Source: a virus. Taken from it: a stretch of DNA of 64,000 nucleotides. Location: the IMG/VR virus record IMGVR_UViG_3300042544_001941; one strand, 5' to 3'. The position numbers and the translations under genes were made by a program. Below, one piece after another: positions 1-9,303 of this stretch. How positions within the stretch are numbered: the stretch's first letter is position 1; each line of letters opens with the position of its first letter. The notes below the pieces were generated by a model. That model saw only the letters and a list, made by a program, of their open reading frames with translations, did not search any database and was not told the origin of the DNA.

Positions 1-295
1 ATTCAGGTACAACGATAACATCTTCAACTTTGATTTCAACTTTATCTTCTTTAATTGAAACGACTTCGAGACTATTATATTTGTCACCTAACCAACCGTC
101 AACACCTGTGTACGTTTTATCCTCAACTAAAATCTTAACGAGTCTTCCGCTTTCTTTTAGTGCTAACGCCATATCGTAGATATTTTTTACCGCAGCTCTG
201 GCGTTATTTTTGGTATCATATGTTAAAAAATATATGACGTTTTCTTTATTACTAATCCTACTTAGTGAGGATTCTAACTTTTCAATGTTACTCAT
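1..295 (-). CDS. Putative GT-B glycosyltransferase, N-terminal part (runs off the window start)
   Basis: Not in the ORF track. Translated by hand from ATG at 295: MSNIEKLESSLSRISNKENVIYFLTYDTKNNARAAVKNIYDMALALKESG...EDVIVVPE. The N-terminal beta-alpha pattern and D-V-I-V-V-P-E motif are typical of GT4-like proteins. Confidence 0.6.
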   Translation of the reverse strand, partial: MSNIEKLESSLSRISNKENVIYFLTYDTKNNARAAVKNIYDMALALKESGRLVKILVEDKTYTGVDGWLGDKYNSLEVVSIKEDKVEIKVEDVIVVPE

Positions 296-572
296 TTTCT
301 TCTATTAATATGTTATTTTTTAGTAAAGTATTGAATGCAATTCTAAATGAAACAGTGGTTTCTTTTTGAGCAAATATTCCCATTTCCTCGTCTGAGTCTT
401 CAAATTCGTTTAAAACTCTTTCAATACACATTTTTATTACTTCGTACTTGAAGATGTTGATTTCAAGAGTTTCTGAATCATCTTCTTCATCTTTAATTGT
501 TTTACCGGTTCTACATACTTCACTAATCGAGTCAAGGTCGATGTAATAAAGTTTTCCGAAGACTTCAACCAT
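288..572 (-). CDS. Hypothetical phage protein
   Basis: 94-aa ORF with natural composition; its stop overlaps the start of the downstream glycosyltransferase. Confidence 0.7.
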   Translation of the reverse strand: MVEVFGKLYYIDLDSISEVCRTGKTIKDEEDDSETLEINIFKYEVIKMCIERVLNEFEDSDEEMGIFAQKETTVSFRIAFNTLLKNNILIEENE

Positions 573-1153
573 AATTTATCTATTTCTGTTAATTTATTGA
601 TTTCTAACTTATTTGTAAAGTACTCATTATATGTGGTGTTAAACTTAATTGCCTTTTTATTTTTTGGACAGGCGTCAATAATCTTTTTATTATCTGTAAT
701 CCACAAATCACATTTACTCCATAGGTTTGAAATATCTGAGGTTGTGATAAACTTGATGTTGTTTGACATACAACCATTTCTCGATAAGTAAAATAGAGTT
801 GCGGATTTAGCTTTACCCAATTCATCCAAACCAACTAATGTAATGTTGTGTTCTTTATTTTCGTAGACAAACTTATTAAACTCAAGAAACACGTTTTGGT
901 AACTATTGGTTGCGTGACCAAATATTTCTATTGGGTAATCGATGAATACAAAGTTTTCAAATTCTTCTTTCGATTGAAATTTGTAGTAATCTAAAAGATT
1001 ATCGTTTTGGATTTTACCTTCTTTACCATATTCAAAAGATTCTCTTTCGTCCCCTTCTTCAACTTCGGTATCAATAAAATAATCTTGGTAGTGATAATCG
1101 AATTTCTGTATGATGTTTCTTAGAACACCGTCTATACTTATAAAAATTTCCAT
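437..1153 (-). CDS. HAD-superfamily 5'(3')-nucleotidase-like protein with atypical motif I
   Basis: N-terminal IFISIDGVLRN resembles HAD motif I (DxDGVL); later DLWITDN and KFNTTYN match NT5C-like C-terminal motifs. Confidence 0.6.
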   Translation of the reverse strand: MEIFISIDGVLRNIIQKFDYHYQDYFIDTEVEEGDERESFEYGKEGKIQNDNLLDYYKFQSKEEFENFVFIDYPIEIFGHATNSYQNVFLEFNKFVYENKEHNITLVGLDELGKAKSATLFYLSRNGCMSNNIKFITTSDISNLWSKCDLWITDNKKIIDACPKNKKAIKFNTTYNEYFTNKLEINKLTEIDKLWLKSSENFITSTLTRLVKYVEPVKQLKMKKMIQKLLKSTSSSTK

Positions 1154-1157
1154 AGTT

Positions 1158-1188
1158 TAAATATAACACTAAGGAGATTATAAGTAAA
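1158..1188 (-). promoter_or_regulatory. Bacteroidota-type promoter variant (TTTA-N19-TATATTTA)
   Basis: Lies directly upstream of the ATG at 1153; near match to -33 TTTG / -7 TAnnTTTG with 19-nt spacing. Confidence 0.45.
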
Positions 1189-1189
1189 C

Positions 1190-1229
1190 AATAAACCCAC
1201 ACCATTATGATAAACGATGTGGGTTTATT
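1190..1229 (-). terminator. Hairpin, probable intrinsic terminator after phoH
   Basis: 12-bp perfect inverted repeat AATAAACCCACA ... TGTGGGTTTATT. Confidence 0.6.
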
Positions 1230-1249
1230 AATCAAAAATAGATTTATTG

Positions 1250-1960
1250 TTATTCGTACCTTTCTAATATTTCTGATATGATAGGATTTCTCACGATATC
1301 CTCCATACCAAATTCAAAGACACCAATACCTCTAACATCACCTAATCTCTTTTTAGCGTCATATAAACCTGACTTGGTTTTATCTTTAAATTTATCTGAT
1401 TGTTCTAAGTCTCCCGATAAAAAGAACTTTGAGTTGAATCCGATACGAGTTAGTAATAATTTAATTTGTGCAGGAGTAGCGTTCTGAGCTTCTTCAAAAA
1501 CAAGAATAGTATTATCCACATTCCATCCTCTCATATAAGCAAGTGCAGCAACTTCAATGAATCCTTCATCTTTCAATGCCTCTCTCGACTCCTTACCAAT
1601 TATCTTATTTAAAAGATAATACGAAGGATAAATGTACGGGTCTAACTTTTCTTCTAATCCACCGGGTAGGGAACCTAATTTTTCCTCAGCTTCCACAGCA
1701 GGTCTAACAATGATAATTTTTTCATATTTGTTATTATCATCCCACAATAAATCGATTGCTCTTTTCATTGCGATGTACGATTTTCCTACCCCCGCCGGTC
1801 CAAAACATAAAGTAATTTGATTATCACCTAAGATTTTCCAGTATTCTTCTTGATTTTTAGTTAAAAACTTCTCTTTTGGTTTTTTAATTAATTCCCTAAT
1901 TCTTTGTTTAGGTAGTGTTTTCTTATCCTCTTGGACACTTTTTACTTTCTGTTTCAACAA
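1250..1960 (-). CDS. phoH: PhoH-family ATPase
   Basis: GPAGVGKS Walker A, RPAVEAEEKLGSLPG, YMRG, EEAQN, LLTRIG, GDLEQSD and DIVRNP. TTG start preceded by AGGAG. Confidence 0.95.
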   Translation of the reverse strand: MLKQKVKSVQEDKKTLPKQRIRELIKKPKEKFLTKNQEEYWKILGDNQITLCFGPAGVGKSYIAMKRAIDLLWDDNNKYEKIIIVRPAVEAEEKLGSLPGGLEEKLDPYIYPSYYLLNKIIGKESREALKDEGFIEVAALAYMRGWNVDNTILVFEEAQNATPAQIKLLLTRIGFNSKFFLSGDLEQSDKFKDKTKSGLYDAKKRLGDVRGIGVFEFGMEDIVRNPIISEILERYE

Positions 1961-2005
1961 AATATCTCCTGTTTAATTTGTGTGTTATTATGTTATAAAT
2001 ATCAT

Positions 2006-2641
2006 CTAACTACCTGTAGAACCAAATCCACCTTCTCCTCTTTCAGTATCTGAAAGTTCGGTGGACTCTATCATTTTTATTTGTGGGTAGGGTAAAATTA
2101 CTATTTGAGCTCCTCTTTCCCCTGTATTGTATTTAAACGAATCCAACCCGTTTGTTTTCTTAAACGTAGCTTGTAACTCACCTCTATAACCACTATCAAT
2201 TACACCAACTGAATTAGACAATAATAAATCATACTTTCTAATTGATGACCTTGGGAATACTAATCCGACATATCCTTTAGGTATTTCTAATGCAATACCA
2301 AAACCATATGATACACTAAATGAAGTATTTTCAATAACAGATGTGATGGTTAAATCCATACCCGCATCTCCTTCTTTTGAATAAGAAGGGATAACCGCGT
2401 TAGGGTGTAATTTTTTTACTTTTACTTTGGTGTAAAATACGGGTTGGTCGGGTTTAACATTTGTGATAGATTCCATCATTTCATTCTCAACGTCTTTGTT
2501 CAATGAAACCAATACGTGGTTCAATGTCTGAATGAAATTATCATCTAAATCACCTGAATTGTCGGTATCGGAATCTTCCGATATTTCGTTATTCAATTCC
2601 ATCAATTTATTGATGTAATCTTGGACTTTATCTTTTTCCAT
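2006..2641 (-). CDS. dut: Trimeric dUTPase with acidic N-terminal extension
   Basis: All five motifs present: AGMDL, PRSS, GVIDSGYRGE, GERGAQ, RGEGGFGSTG. Confidence 0.95.
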   Translation of the reverse strand: MEKDKVQDYINKLMELNNEISEDSDTDNSGDLDDNFIQTLNHVLVSLNKDVENEMMESITNVKPDQPVFYTKVKVKKLHPNAVIPSYSKEGDAGMDLTITSVIENTSFSVSYGFGIALEIPKGYVGLVFPRSSIRKYDLLLSNSVGVIDSGYRGELQATFKKTNGLDSFKYNTGERGAQIVILPYPQIKMIESTELSDTERGEGGFGSTGS

Positions 2642-2645
2642 AATA

Positions 2646-2861
2646 TTAATTACTTCGTTTTTCTGAAATCCATTTATCTAATGCCTTAATTCTTTTTTTA
2701 AGGTCTTCGTCTTGAGGTCTTAAACAAATTTCAACGAATAAATCAGTAATTCGTACCAATTCCTCTAAAGTTACTGACACTCCGACAGATTGTACATACT
2801 CCAAAGCCATTTTACTTTGGGATTGACGCATAATCTGTATTTCACGACTATAGAATTCCAT
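2646..2861 (-). CDS. Hypothetical protein
   Basis: 71-aa ORF in a tightly packed operon with an A-rich leader. Confidence 0.7.
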   Translation of the reverse strand: MEFYSREIQIMRQSQSKMALEYVQSVGVSVTLEELVRITDLFVEICLRPQDEDLKKRIKALDKWISEKRSN

Positions 2862-2873
2862 TTTTTTTATTTT

Positions 2874-3107
2874 TTATGATTTGTAATATTCAGGAGTATT
2901 TTTTTCATCGATAACACATTCGATTGGCATCTTAACAACGCTTAAACTTTCACTTCCTCGAATGTCGCCCGCACGATACTTTCCTGCCACGATTGTTGCT
3001 TCCTCTACTGATTCTGCCTGAAGGACGTATTTTACTTTTTTAATACGTGGGTTACCTTCTCTGTCCATTTGTTCGGTTTCATAACCGATAGTTACTAAGT
3101 AATACAT
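2874..3107 (-). CDS. DUF4494-like protein
   Basis: YYLVTIGYE...G..KKVKYVLQAESVEEA resembles the Bacteroidota DUF4494 pattern (WF..KV.YE...G..KKV.E.YLV.A.SFTEAE). Confidence 0.6.
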   Translation of the reverse strand: MYYLVTIGYETEQMDREGNPRIKKVKYVLQAESVEEATIVAGKYRAGDIRGSESLSVVKMPIECVIDEKNTPEYYKS

Positions 3108-3119
3108 AATTGTTCTTTT

Positions 3120-4349
3120 TTATTTTTTAATTATTGATTTGAAAAACTCTGCTCTATTTTTATTAACTGTGTTTAAAGAATATTTGTCCTTAACAGTTTC
3201 ATAAAGTTTATTTCCTAAGTCCTCAATCATATTAGGATTCTCAACTAATTTTTTCATATGTTGAGCCCATTGTTTATGATTCTTTCTTGGGGACACTAAT
3301 AACGCATTTCCTTTGGTATTGAATGTTCCTTGGTCAACCGCACTTATCAAGTCAATAGTGTATGGGTCACAATCACTAGCAATGATTGCCTTTTTGTGAA
3401 ACCCTGCTTCAATAACTTTTAATTGGGATTTGTTACCATTAAATAAACTTTCAACTACAGGAGCTAAAGATACGTCAAACAAATTATAATTGGTTGCGTA
3501 TTTTGAAATTTCTTTTGTCCATCTTCTTCTATATGGTTCGTTTACATCATCGTAATCGTCTTCCTTAAATGATAATAGATAGTTCTTATATTCTTCAGAC
3601 AATATCTTATAATCATCTGTGAACATTTTTTCATATTGATACCAAACGGTTTCCATTGGTTTGATAGGTCTTTGTTTCACTTCACCTGTTTGTTGGTTAA
3701 CCTCATTTACATTACCTCTTAAATCAAACCCACATAGTACAAACTGAGTCTTATCTTTGTATGAAGATAATGTACTTGAGATTCCACTTTTAATTAATTC
3801 TAAGTCGTAAAGGTGTGAAGAACCTCCTAACCAACCAAATCTAATTTTATCTGATTTTTCAGGACTAGATTTAAATTGTGATTCGTTTTCATCAATTGCG
3901 TTTGGAAATACTAACACGTTCTTAACACCCAATCTTTTGATTATTGTATCTCTGAATATTGGTGTGGTGGTAGTTACATAATCCGCCGCTCTTAGTAATT
4001 GAACTTTCTTTTTGTGGGTTTCACTTTTGATAATTTGTCGATGCATCGGGTGTCTATGGTCAGGTTCCCAATAATCATCGATGTCACATACAACAATAAT
4101 TCCTTTCTTTTTTAACCAATCAATTCTTTCGATGTTTTTTTCAAAGGGTACTTTATTGTGGATAAAGCTATGTAAAACAACAACATCGTAATTGTCAAAT
4201 TCCGAATCATTGTCTTCAACATTGTATTTTATATCGATGTGAAAATCATCCCCATAGTTTTCTTGTAAGTGGGTATAGGGACCCATAATTCTAAATTTAC
4301 CAACGCCGTATTGGTCTGATGGAACAGCTAAAATTCTAATTTTTGACAT
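3120..4349 (-). CDS. GT-B (GT4-like) glycosyltransferase
   Basis: GVGKFRI, DIDDYW, ADYVTTTT, FPNAID, GWLGGSSH, DVSLAP, FNGNKSQLKVIEAG and IIASDCDPY. ATG at 4349 preferred over the GTG at 4364. Confidence 0.9.
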   Translation of the reverse strand: MSKIRILAVPSDQYGVGKFRIMGPYTHLQENYGDDFHIDIKYNVEDNDSEFDNYDVVVLHSFIHNKVPFEKNIERIDWLKKKGIIVVCDIDDYWEPDHRHPMHRQIIKSETHKKKVQLLRAADYVTTTTPIFRDTIIKRLGVKNVLVFPNAIDENESQFKSSPEKSDKIRFGWLGGSSHLYDLELIKSGISSTLSSYKDKTQFVLCGFDLRGNVNEVNQQTGEVKQRPIKPMETVWYQYEKMFTDDYKILSEEYKNYLLSFKEDDYDDVNEPYRRRWTKEISKYATNYNLFDVSLAPVVESLFNGNKSQLKVIEAGFHKKAIIASDCDPYTIDLISAVDQGTFNTKGNALLVSPRKNHKQWAQHMKKLVENPNMIEDLGNKLYETVKDKYSLNTVNKNRAEFFKSIIKK

Positions 4350-4381
4350 AATAAGTAATACCACTTAATGTGTGGATATAT

Positions 4382-4414
4382 CAAAAATATAATGAAAAAA
4401 AATGAAAAAACAAA
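4382..4414 (-). promoter_or_regulatory. Bacteroidota primary-sigma promoter (TTTG-N21-TATTTTTG)
   Basis: Exact match to the -33 TTTG / -7 TAnnTTTG consensus, upstream of the glycosyltransferase-dUTPase operon. Confidence 0.65.
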
Positions 4415-4415
4415 A

Positions 4416-5012
4416 CTACTTTGCCTTATTTACGCCAGTAATTTTACCTTTGAATATTGAATCCCCGACTTTCAAAACAAGATTCTCATTAATTGTAGAT
4501 GTTTGTTGTGCTGTCAAAATTTGACTTAACTTTTCATCCATAACTTTTCTAACCGTATTTTCTATTAATGTTGCTAATGCGTTCATATTCACACCACTAG
4601 CGTTACCTGTTGGTTGTGGTGATGGTTTCTTTTGTGTTTGTTTCGATTGTACACCTTCTTGTTCCATTAATCGTTTCGCACCTTTAACGAAATCCATATC
4701 TAAACTATCACTTAAAGAAATTTGTGGAATAGGATTTTCAATCATAGCTTTTTTAATTGCATCAGGTAATTTAGATTGTTGAATTCTATCAGCTGTTGGT
4801 GTACCTACAGGTCTAGTGTTTACTTGTGGTTGACTTTGTTCATAAGATTCTGAAAGATATTCAGAATCATTTGACGGTGCTATCAATCTACTTTCATCTA
4901 TGTTACCTCTTTCGAAATCACCAGTATCGACTTTATTCATTAATTTTTTCGCTTGTACCAATTTACTCATTAAATCGTTTGACGATATTGGACCATTGTT
5001 TAATTTTGACAT
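4416..5012 (-). CDS. Hypothetical late protein, possibly head-internal
   Basis: 198-aa ORF with TATTTATA 2 nt upstream of the ATG and several (L/I)-x-E sites (LSE, LME, LIE, INE). Confidence 0.7.
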   Translation of the reverse strand: MSKLNNGPISSNDLMSKLVQAKKLMNKVDTGDFERGNIDESRLIAPSNDSEYLSESYEQSQPQVNTRPVGTPTADRIQQSKLPDAIKKAMIENPIPQISLSDSLDMDFVKGAKRLMEQEGVQSKQTQKKPSPQPTGNASGVNMNALATLIENTVRKVMDEKLSQILTAQQTSTINENLVLKVGDSIFKGKITGVNKAK

Positions 5013-5032
5013 ATTATAAATATATTTTTAAT

Positions 5033-5947
5033 TTATGAATTTATCAAGATTTTAAATCTTCTAATTGTTTCTGATAAATTCTCAGGTGTTGGGTTTGTTT
5101 GATTTTCATCATTTAATTTCACATTATCTTGAGAAATTAATGCATCTAATTCGGCTCTTGATGATTTATCAAACCTTTGTCTAGTCCCCTCACCAGGTCT
5201 TTCGTTACCACTAATTTGTCTTTGGTAATTTTTCCACTCACCTTCCTTTTTGTTATATAAATCTTTAACGGCAGACTCATAGTCTTGACGACTAAGAACT
5301 TTCTCACCATTTACATCTTTTATTTTAGTTTTTAACGTATTATAAACATCCTGTCCATACTTAGGTTCGTTTGGTTCAGGTTTCTCAGTAGGTTTATCAG
5401 GTTGAACCAAAGGTTCTGGTTGTGGTGTTGGGGTAGGTTGTGGTTGCGGTTTCGCCGTAGGAGTTGTTTTTGGAACAATCTTTTTAGGTTGTGGTGGTGC
5501 AGGTTGTGTCGGTTGGTCCTTTTTAAATCTTGGGTCGTCCTCGAACCAATATGGTGAGAATACATCGACCTGACTTAAAGATTTCATTGCATTTGGTGCT
5601 TTACCTTTTTGATAATCGGGTAAGTCAGTTAATTTAAAAGGATTTAAACCTGGTTTTGTTTTTACTTCCTTAACTCGGTCAAGTCTAAACATTTTCCATC
5701 CAGGTAAACCTTTTTTAGAAGTTCCTTTAAAAACGTAAGCCCAAAATACTTTGTTACCTGATTTAGCATTAGTTCCTAAAACAACGGGTTCAATATCATA
5801 TCGTAAACCGTTTAATACTTCATCATCATCACTTCTATAATCAATAGTGATAGGTTTTCTCTCACTAATAGCATTCCTAATCAAGAGAGTTTTAGTATCA
5901 TCCTGTTCGTTTAATAATAATTTAAATATGTTAGATATAATACCCAT
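5033..5947 (-). CDS. Stand-alone WYL-domain protein with Pro-rich linker
   Basis: IRNAISERKPITIDY...R.DIEPVVLG...FWAY...WKMFRLDRV is the WYL signature. No HTH; a PQP/TP linker precedes a helical C-terminal domain. Confidence 0.85.
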   Translation of the reverse strand: MGIISNIFKLLLNEQDDTKTLLIRNAISERKPITIDYRSDDDEVLNGLRYDIEPVVLGTNAKSGNKVFWAYVFKGTSKKGLPGWKMFRLDRVKEVKTKPGLNPFKLTDLPDYQKGKAPNAMKSLSQVDVFSPYWFEDDPRFKKDQPTQPAPPQPKKIVPKTTPTAKPQPQPTPTPQPEPLVQPDKPTEKPEPNEPKYGQDVYNTLKTKIKDVNGEKVLSRQDYESAVKDLYNKKEGEWKNYQRQISGNERPGEGTRQRFDKSSRAELDALISQDNVKLNDENQTNPTPENLSETIRRFKILINS

Positions 5948-6606
5948 TAAAAATCAGGATAACCTTTATTTTTGTTAAATTTATTAGTTGCAACTACTTG
6001 ATTTCTTGTATTGATATCTGTTGTTGAACCAACTTGTCCGTTATTATCACCTTTACCTTTTTCATCATTATCTGAAATTGCGTTCGGGTGAGTTAATCCA
6101 TATGAATTATTACTTCCGTATAAATTTTTACTTAAGTTTTGTGTTCTTAAATTAATATCAGTAGATGAACCAACTTTACCACTATTCTCACCTTTTCCTC
6201 TTTCATCACCATCAGATATCGCATTTGGATTTGTAACTCCATATCCAAAACCATCGTTGTATAAATTTCTACCTAAAAGTGAAACTCTTGTATTAATGTC
6301 TGTTGTTGAACCTACTTGACCATTACTCTCACCTTTTCCTTTTTCGTCACCATCTGATAACGCATTACGATTAGCGTCAGAATATTCATTAGAACTATTA
6401 TATGTATTTCTCGCTAAACTGTCAATTCTTGAGTTAATATCTACTCTAGAACCAATCTTACCTTCATTATCTCCCTTACCTTTTTCATCTCCTGTAGATA
6501 ATGCGTTTTCGTGCATTGAACTATAGATTCCCTTATCAGTGTATGAATTTTTAGTTATATGTTCTTTTCTGAATTTTTCCGCAAGTATCTCAAGTTGTGT
6601 TGCCAT
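5947..6606 (-). CDS. Protein of four 47-aa tandem repeats
   Basis: Unit NA(L/I)SDGDEKGKG..NG.VGS.TDIN.R...L.RN.Y x4, with a 141-bp DNA periodicity (e.g. 6191 vs 6332). Confidence 0.8.
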   Translation of the reverse strand: MATQLEILAEKFRKEHITKNSYTDKGIYSSMHENALSTGDEKGKGDNEGKIGSRVDINSRIDSLARNTYNSSNEYSDANRNALSDGDEKGKGESNGQVGSTTDINTRVSLLGRNLYNDGFGYGVTNPNAISDGDERGKGENSGKVGSSTDINLRTQNLSKNLYGSNNSYGLTHPNAISDNDEKGKGDNNGQVGSTTDINTRNQVVATNKFNKNKGYPDF

Positions 6607-6607
6607 A

Positions 6608-7087
6608 TTACATTAAATTTTTAATTCTTTCGATTTGTTCAAATAAACCCAATGATGATATTGGTGTTTTAAATGAATTATTTTTAACCATATTAAGTTG
6701 TGGTAAAAAATCAGGTTTTTTGCTGTGTTTCTTTAAAAAACTATTTTTTCTTTCTCCTGTAATTCCACCCATCTCATCAGCTTTCTTTCTACCTTCTTTT
6801 CTATTTGTTATTTGGTCTCTATCTTGACCTAAGACTGACCAACCAAATGATTCCATAGGTTCACCACCATATAAGTTATATGTTTTTGAATCTTTTACTT
6901 TATCAACAGATTTGAGGTCGTGAAGTATTCTTTTTAATTGACCATAATTCACTTTACCTGATTGAATTAGATTTTTCGCTCTATTAACACCTTCGGTATT
7001 ATCAGAACTTGCACCTAATTGTACATTCAAGTGTTGTATTAAGTTTAATGGTAAATCGTATTCTCTACCTTGTAATTCACTATTCAT
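6608..7087 (-). CDS. Hypothetical protein with C-terminal LFEQIERIKNLM motif
   Basis: 159-aa ORF, coupled to both neighbours. Confidence 0.75.
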   Translation of the reverse strand: MNSELQGREYDLPLNLIQHLNVQLGASSDNTEGVNRAKNLIQSGKVNYGQLKRILHDLKSVDKVKDSKTYNLYGGEPMESFGWSVLGQDRDQITNRKEGRKKADEMGGITGERKNSFLKKHSKKPDFLPQLNMVKNNSFKTPISSLGLFEQIERIKNLM

Positions 7088-7871
7088 TATCTTCTGTGTG
7101 TTTTAAAATAACACTTGGTGATATTCCATTATCTTTCAAAGTATTAAGTAATACTTTAATTTGTCTTCTGATGATTGGTGACATTTTAGTTTCTTCATCT
7201 TTTTCTAAAACATCATTCACTTTGGTTCTTTTGGACATAATACTTTCCAAATACTCTTCAACGAATTTTTTAGGGTTCTCAACTAATCTAACTTTATCAG
7301 TGTCTTTTAATTTTTCATCGTACCCCATTTTCTCTAATCTTTCATCCGCCTCATCGTCAGGTAATCCTAAATCATCTTTAAAATGTTCTTCAGCATCTTC
7401 ATAATCGGCATCCACACCCATCGTCTCATCATATCCAAGTGATTTGTTCATTGCAATTTCAAGCATATCCTTTTTGGTTAACTCCACACCTTCGGCCCAA
7501 TATTTTAATTGTGAAATATTTTTACTTGCAGGTCCAAAAGCACCAAATGTACCTATAGTATTCATATATGATTGAACGTAATCGTCAGTGGTGTCCTTAA
7601 CAGTAACTCCTTTTGTTGCCAAATTAGTTGGTTTGTCGCTCGATGCGATGTTACCATCAGCATCCACAATCTCATCCATTTCAGTTTCTTTTTCTACCTT
7701 TTCAGGTAATTTTTTGAAATCTGTTTTATCTGAAAATTCTTTAGCCCACTCACCCCATTTCTTTTTCTCCTTTTTTGACACACCCTTTTCGTTCGCCTTT
7801 GCAAAGAAAAATTTATGTTGTTTTTTCGATACAAACTTCTCTTCGATAACTTGTTTTATAAATTGATTCAT
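7080..7871 (-). CDS. Hypothetical charged protein, possibly head-internal
   Basis: Highly K/E/D-rich; first gene after the TATTTATA at 7886-7893; ATG at 7871. Confidence 0.75.
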   Translation of the reverse strand: MNQFIKQVIEEKFVSKKQHKFFFAKANEKGVSKKEKKKWGEWAKEFSDKTDFKKLPEKVEKETEMDEIVDADGNIASSDKPTNLATKGVTVKDTTDDYVQSYMNTIGTFGAFGPASKNISQLKYWAEGVELTKKDMLEIAMNKSLGYDETMGVDADYEDAEEHFKDDLGLPDDEADERLEKMGYDEKLKDTDKVRLVENPKKFVEEYLESIMSKRTKVNDVLEKDEETKMSPIIRRQIKVLLNTLKDNGISPSVILKHTEDNE

Positions 7872-7885
7872 CAATATGGTTTTTA

Positions 7886-7918
7886 TATAAATATCAAATG
7901 TTATGAAAGATATTTATA
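7886..7918. promoter_or_regulatory. Back-to-back divergent TATTTATA motifs (putative late promoters)
   Basis: TATAAATA at 7886-7893 (motif on the minus strand) and TATTTATA at 7911-7918 (plus strand), between divergent genes. Confidence 0.65.
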
Positions 7919-7923
7919 TTAGT

Positions 7924-9285
7924 ATGAATACCCAAAATATTTTAAAGTTTTACGGTTCGAGGTTGGATGCTAAGCTAGATAGTTCAGAATTTTACGATTA
8001 TGAGATATCAAAAGTCCAAGAAGACTACAATGAGGACGTTTTAGATTTAACGGTTCCAATAACATATACGGGGTTAACAATTGACGCGGGGTTAGCTTAC
8101 GCAAGTTGTTCAAGAAATACCATAACATTGTCTGAGTACGATAATTCAGTAAATGACTCTGAATATATCTATTCGGGTTTATCATATACAATTGATTATG
8201 ACGACTTTATAAATAATTTTGACGTTCCGTATGAATATACAATACTAAACAATAATATATATACATATACAGGTATTACGGGAGAAACTCATTATTTTAG
8301 AATTGGTGGATTCAATAATCAAATTAATAACCTCTCGACAGGGTTTACCAAAGGTATTATTGATTGTTCGGCAATTTTGGATGGTGAAAGTTGTTGTCCC
8401 ATACCTTTAAAATTATCAAATAAACCTTGGGCTTATGAATTTAATACAGGTTCTGGTGATGATAATTGTGACTCAATAATTAAAAGAAGAACTGAAAAAG
8501 GTTGGACTTTAGATTTTATTTTCAACAGAGAGAATATCAATTGGTATTCAAATAATGTATTTTATTACATTGGTGTTAGAGGGGATAATGATATTGAAGA
8601 TTATGCCGATAATAACTTATCGTTTCAATTTACTGCCGATAGAAGAATAAAATGGGCGGCTTACAGATATTCAGGTGTTTGTGACCCAACCGATGGATAT
8701 TCCGAATCTTATTATTTGGACCAAGATACAACTCCTCAACTTTGTACAACGGGTGCAACAAAAGATTTTAATGTAACAATAGTATTTGATAGATATAAAA
8801 GATACACCGATTGTAATTTAGAAAATGATGGTGGTTGGAATGATTTGATACCCGACCCAAATACGTCAACAACTGAAGAATTAAACAGGGAGTGGGCGTC
8901 TGAAAGAGAAAGAAGATTGGGAACACTTAAGATATATCTAAACGGAAGACCAATTTATAAAAAAGAAGATTGGGAGGAGGTGATACCTTCAGAAAGAGGA
9001 GTACAACCATTTGTACAATCTTGGGGTGGAGGAACGGGATATATGAATAATGTCCATAATGGAACTTGTTGTTTTAATATGAAGACAATTAAGTATTATG
9101 AAGAACCGTTAGACTTCGTTCACGTTAGACATAATTTTTTAACGAGATTAAATCAATATGATTTCTTTATTTGTGGATTAAATTGTGAAGATGATGTTTA
9201 CACCATTGAGGGTGGTCATATTATAAATCAAAATGGTGAAATCATAACAAGTAGCGATGGTACACACATACTATATAGAACATAA
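7924..9285 (+). CDS. Virion structural protein, LamG/concanavalin-like fold suspected
   Basis: Rich in beta strands, aromatics and Cys (GWTLDFIF, GTLKIYLNG, IKYYEEPL). ATG at 7924 follows the late motif. Confidence 0.6.
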   Translation: MNTQNILKFYGSRLDAKLDSSEFYDYEISKVQEDYNEDVLDLTVPITYTGLTIDAGLAYASCSRNTITLSEYDNSVNDSEYIYSGLSYTIDYDDFINNFDVPYEYTILNNNIYTYTGITGETHYFRIGGFNNQINNLSTGFTKGIIDCSAILDGESCCPIPLKLSNKPWAYEFNTGSGDDNCDSIIKRRTEKGWTLDFIFNRENINWYSNNVFYYIGVRGDNDIEDYADNNLSFQFTADRRIKWAAYRYSGVCDPTDGYSESYYLDQDTTPQLCTTGATKDFNVTIVFDRYKRYTDCNLENDGGWNDLIPDPNTSTTEELNREWASERERRLGTLKIYLNGRPIYKKEDWEEVIPSERGVQPFVQSWGGGTGYMNNVHNGTCCFNMKTIKYYEEPLDFVHVRHNFLTRLNQYDFFICGLNCEDDVYTIEGGHIINQNGEIITSSDGTHILYRT

Positions 9286-9303
9286 AAACTAATATTTATA
9301 GAA

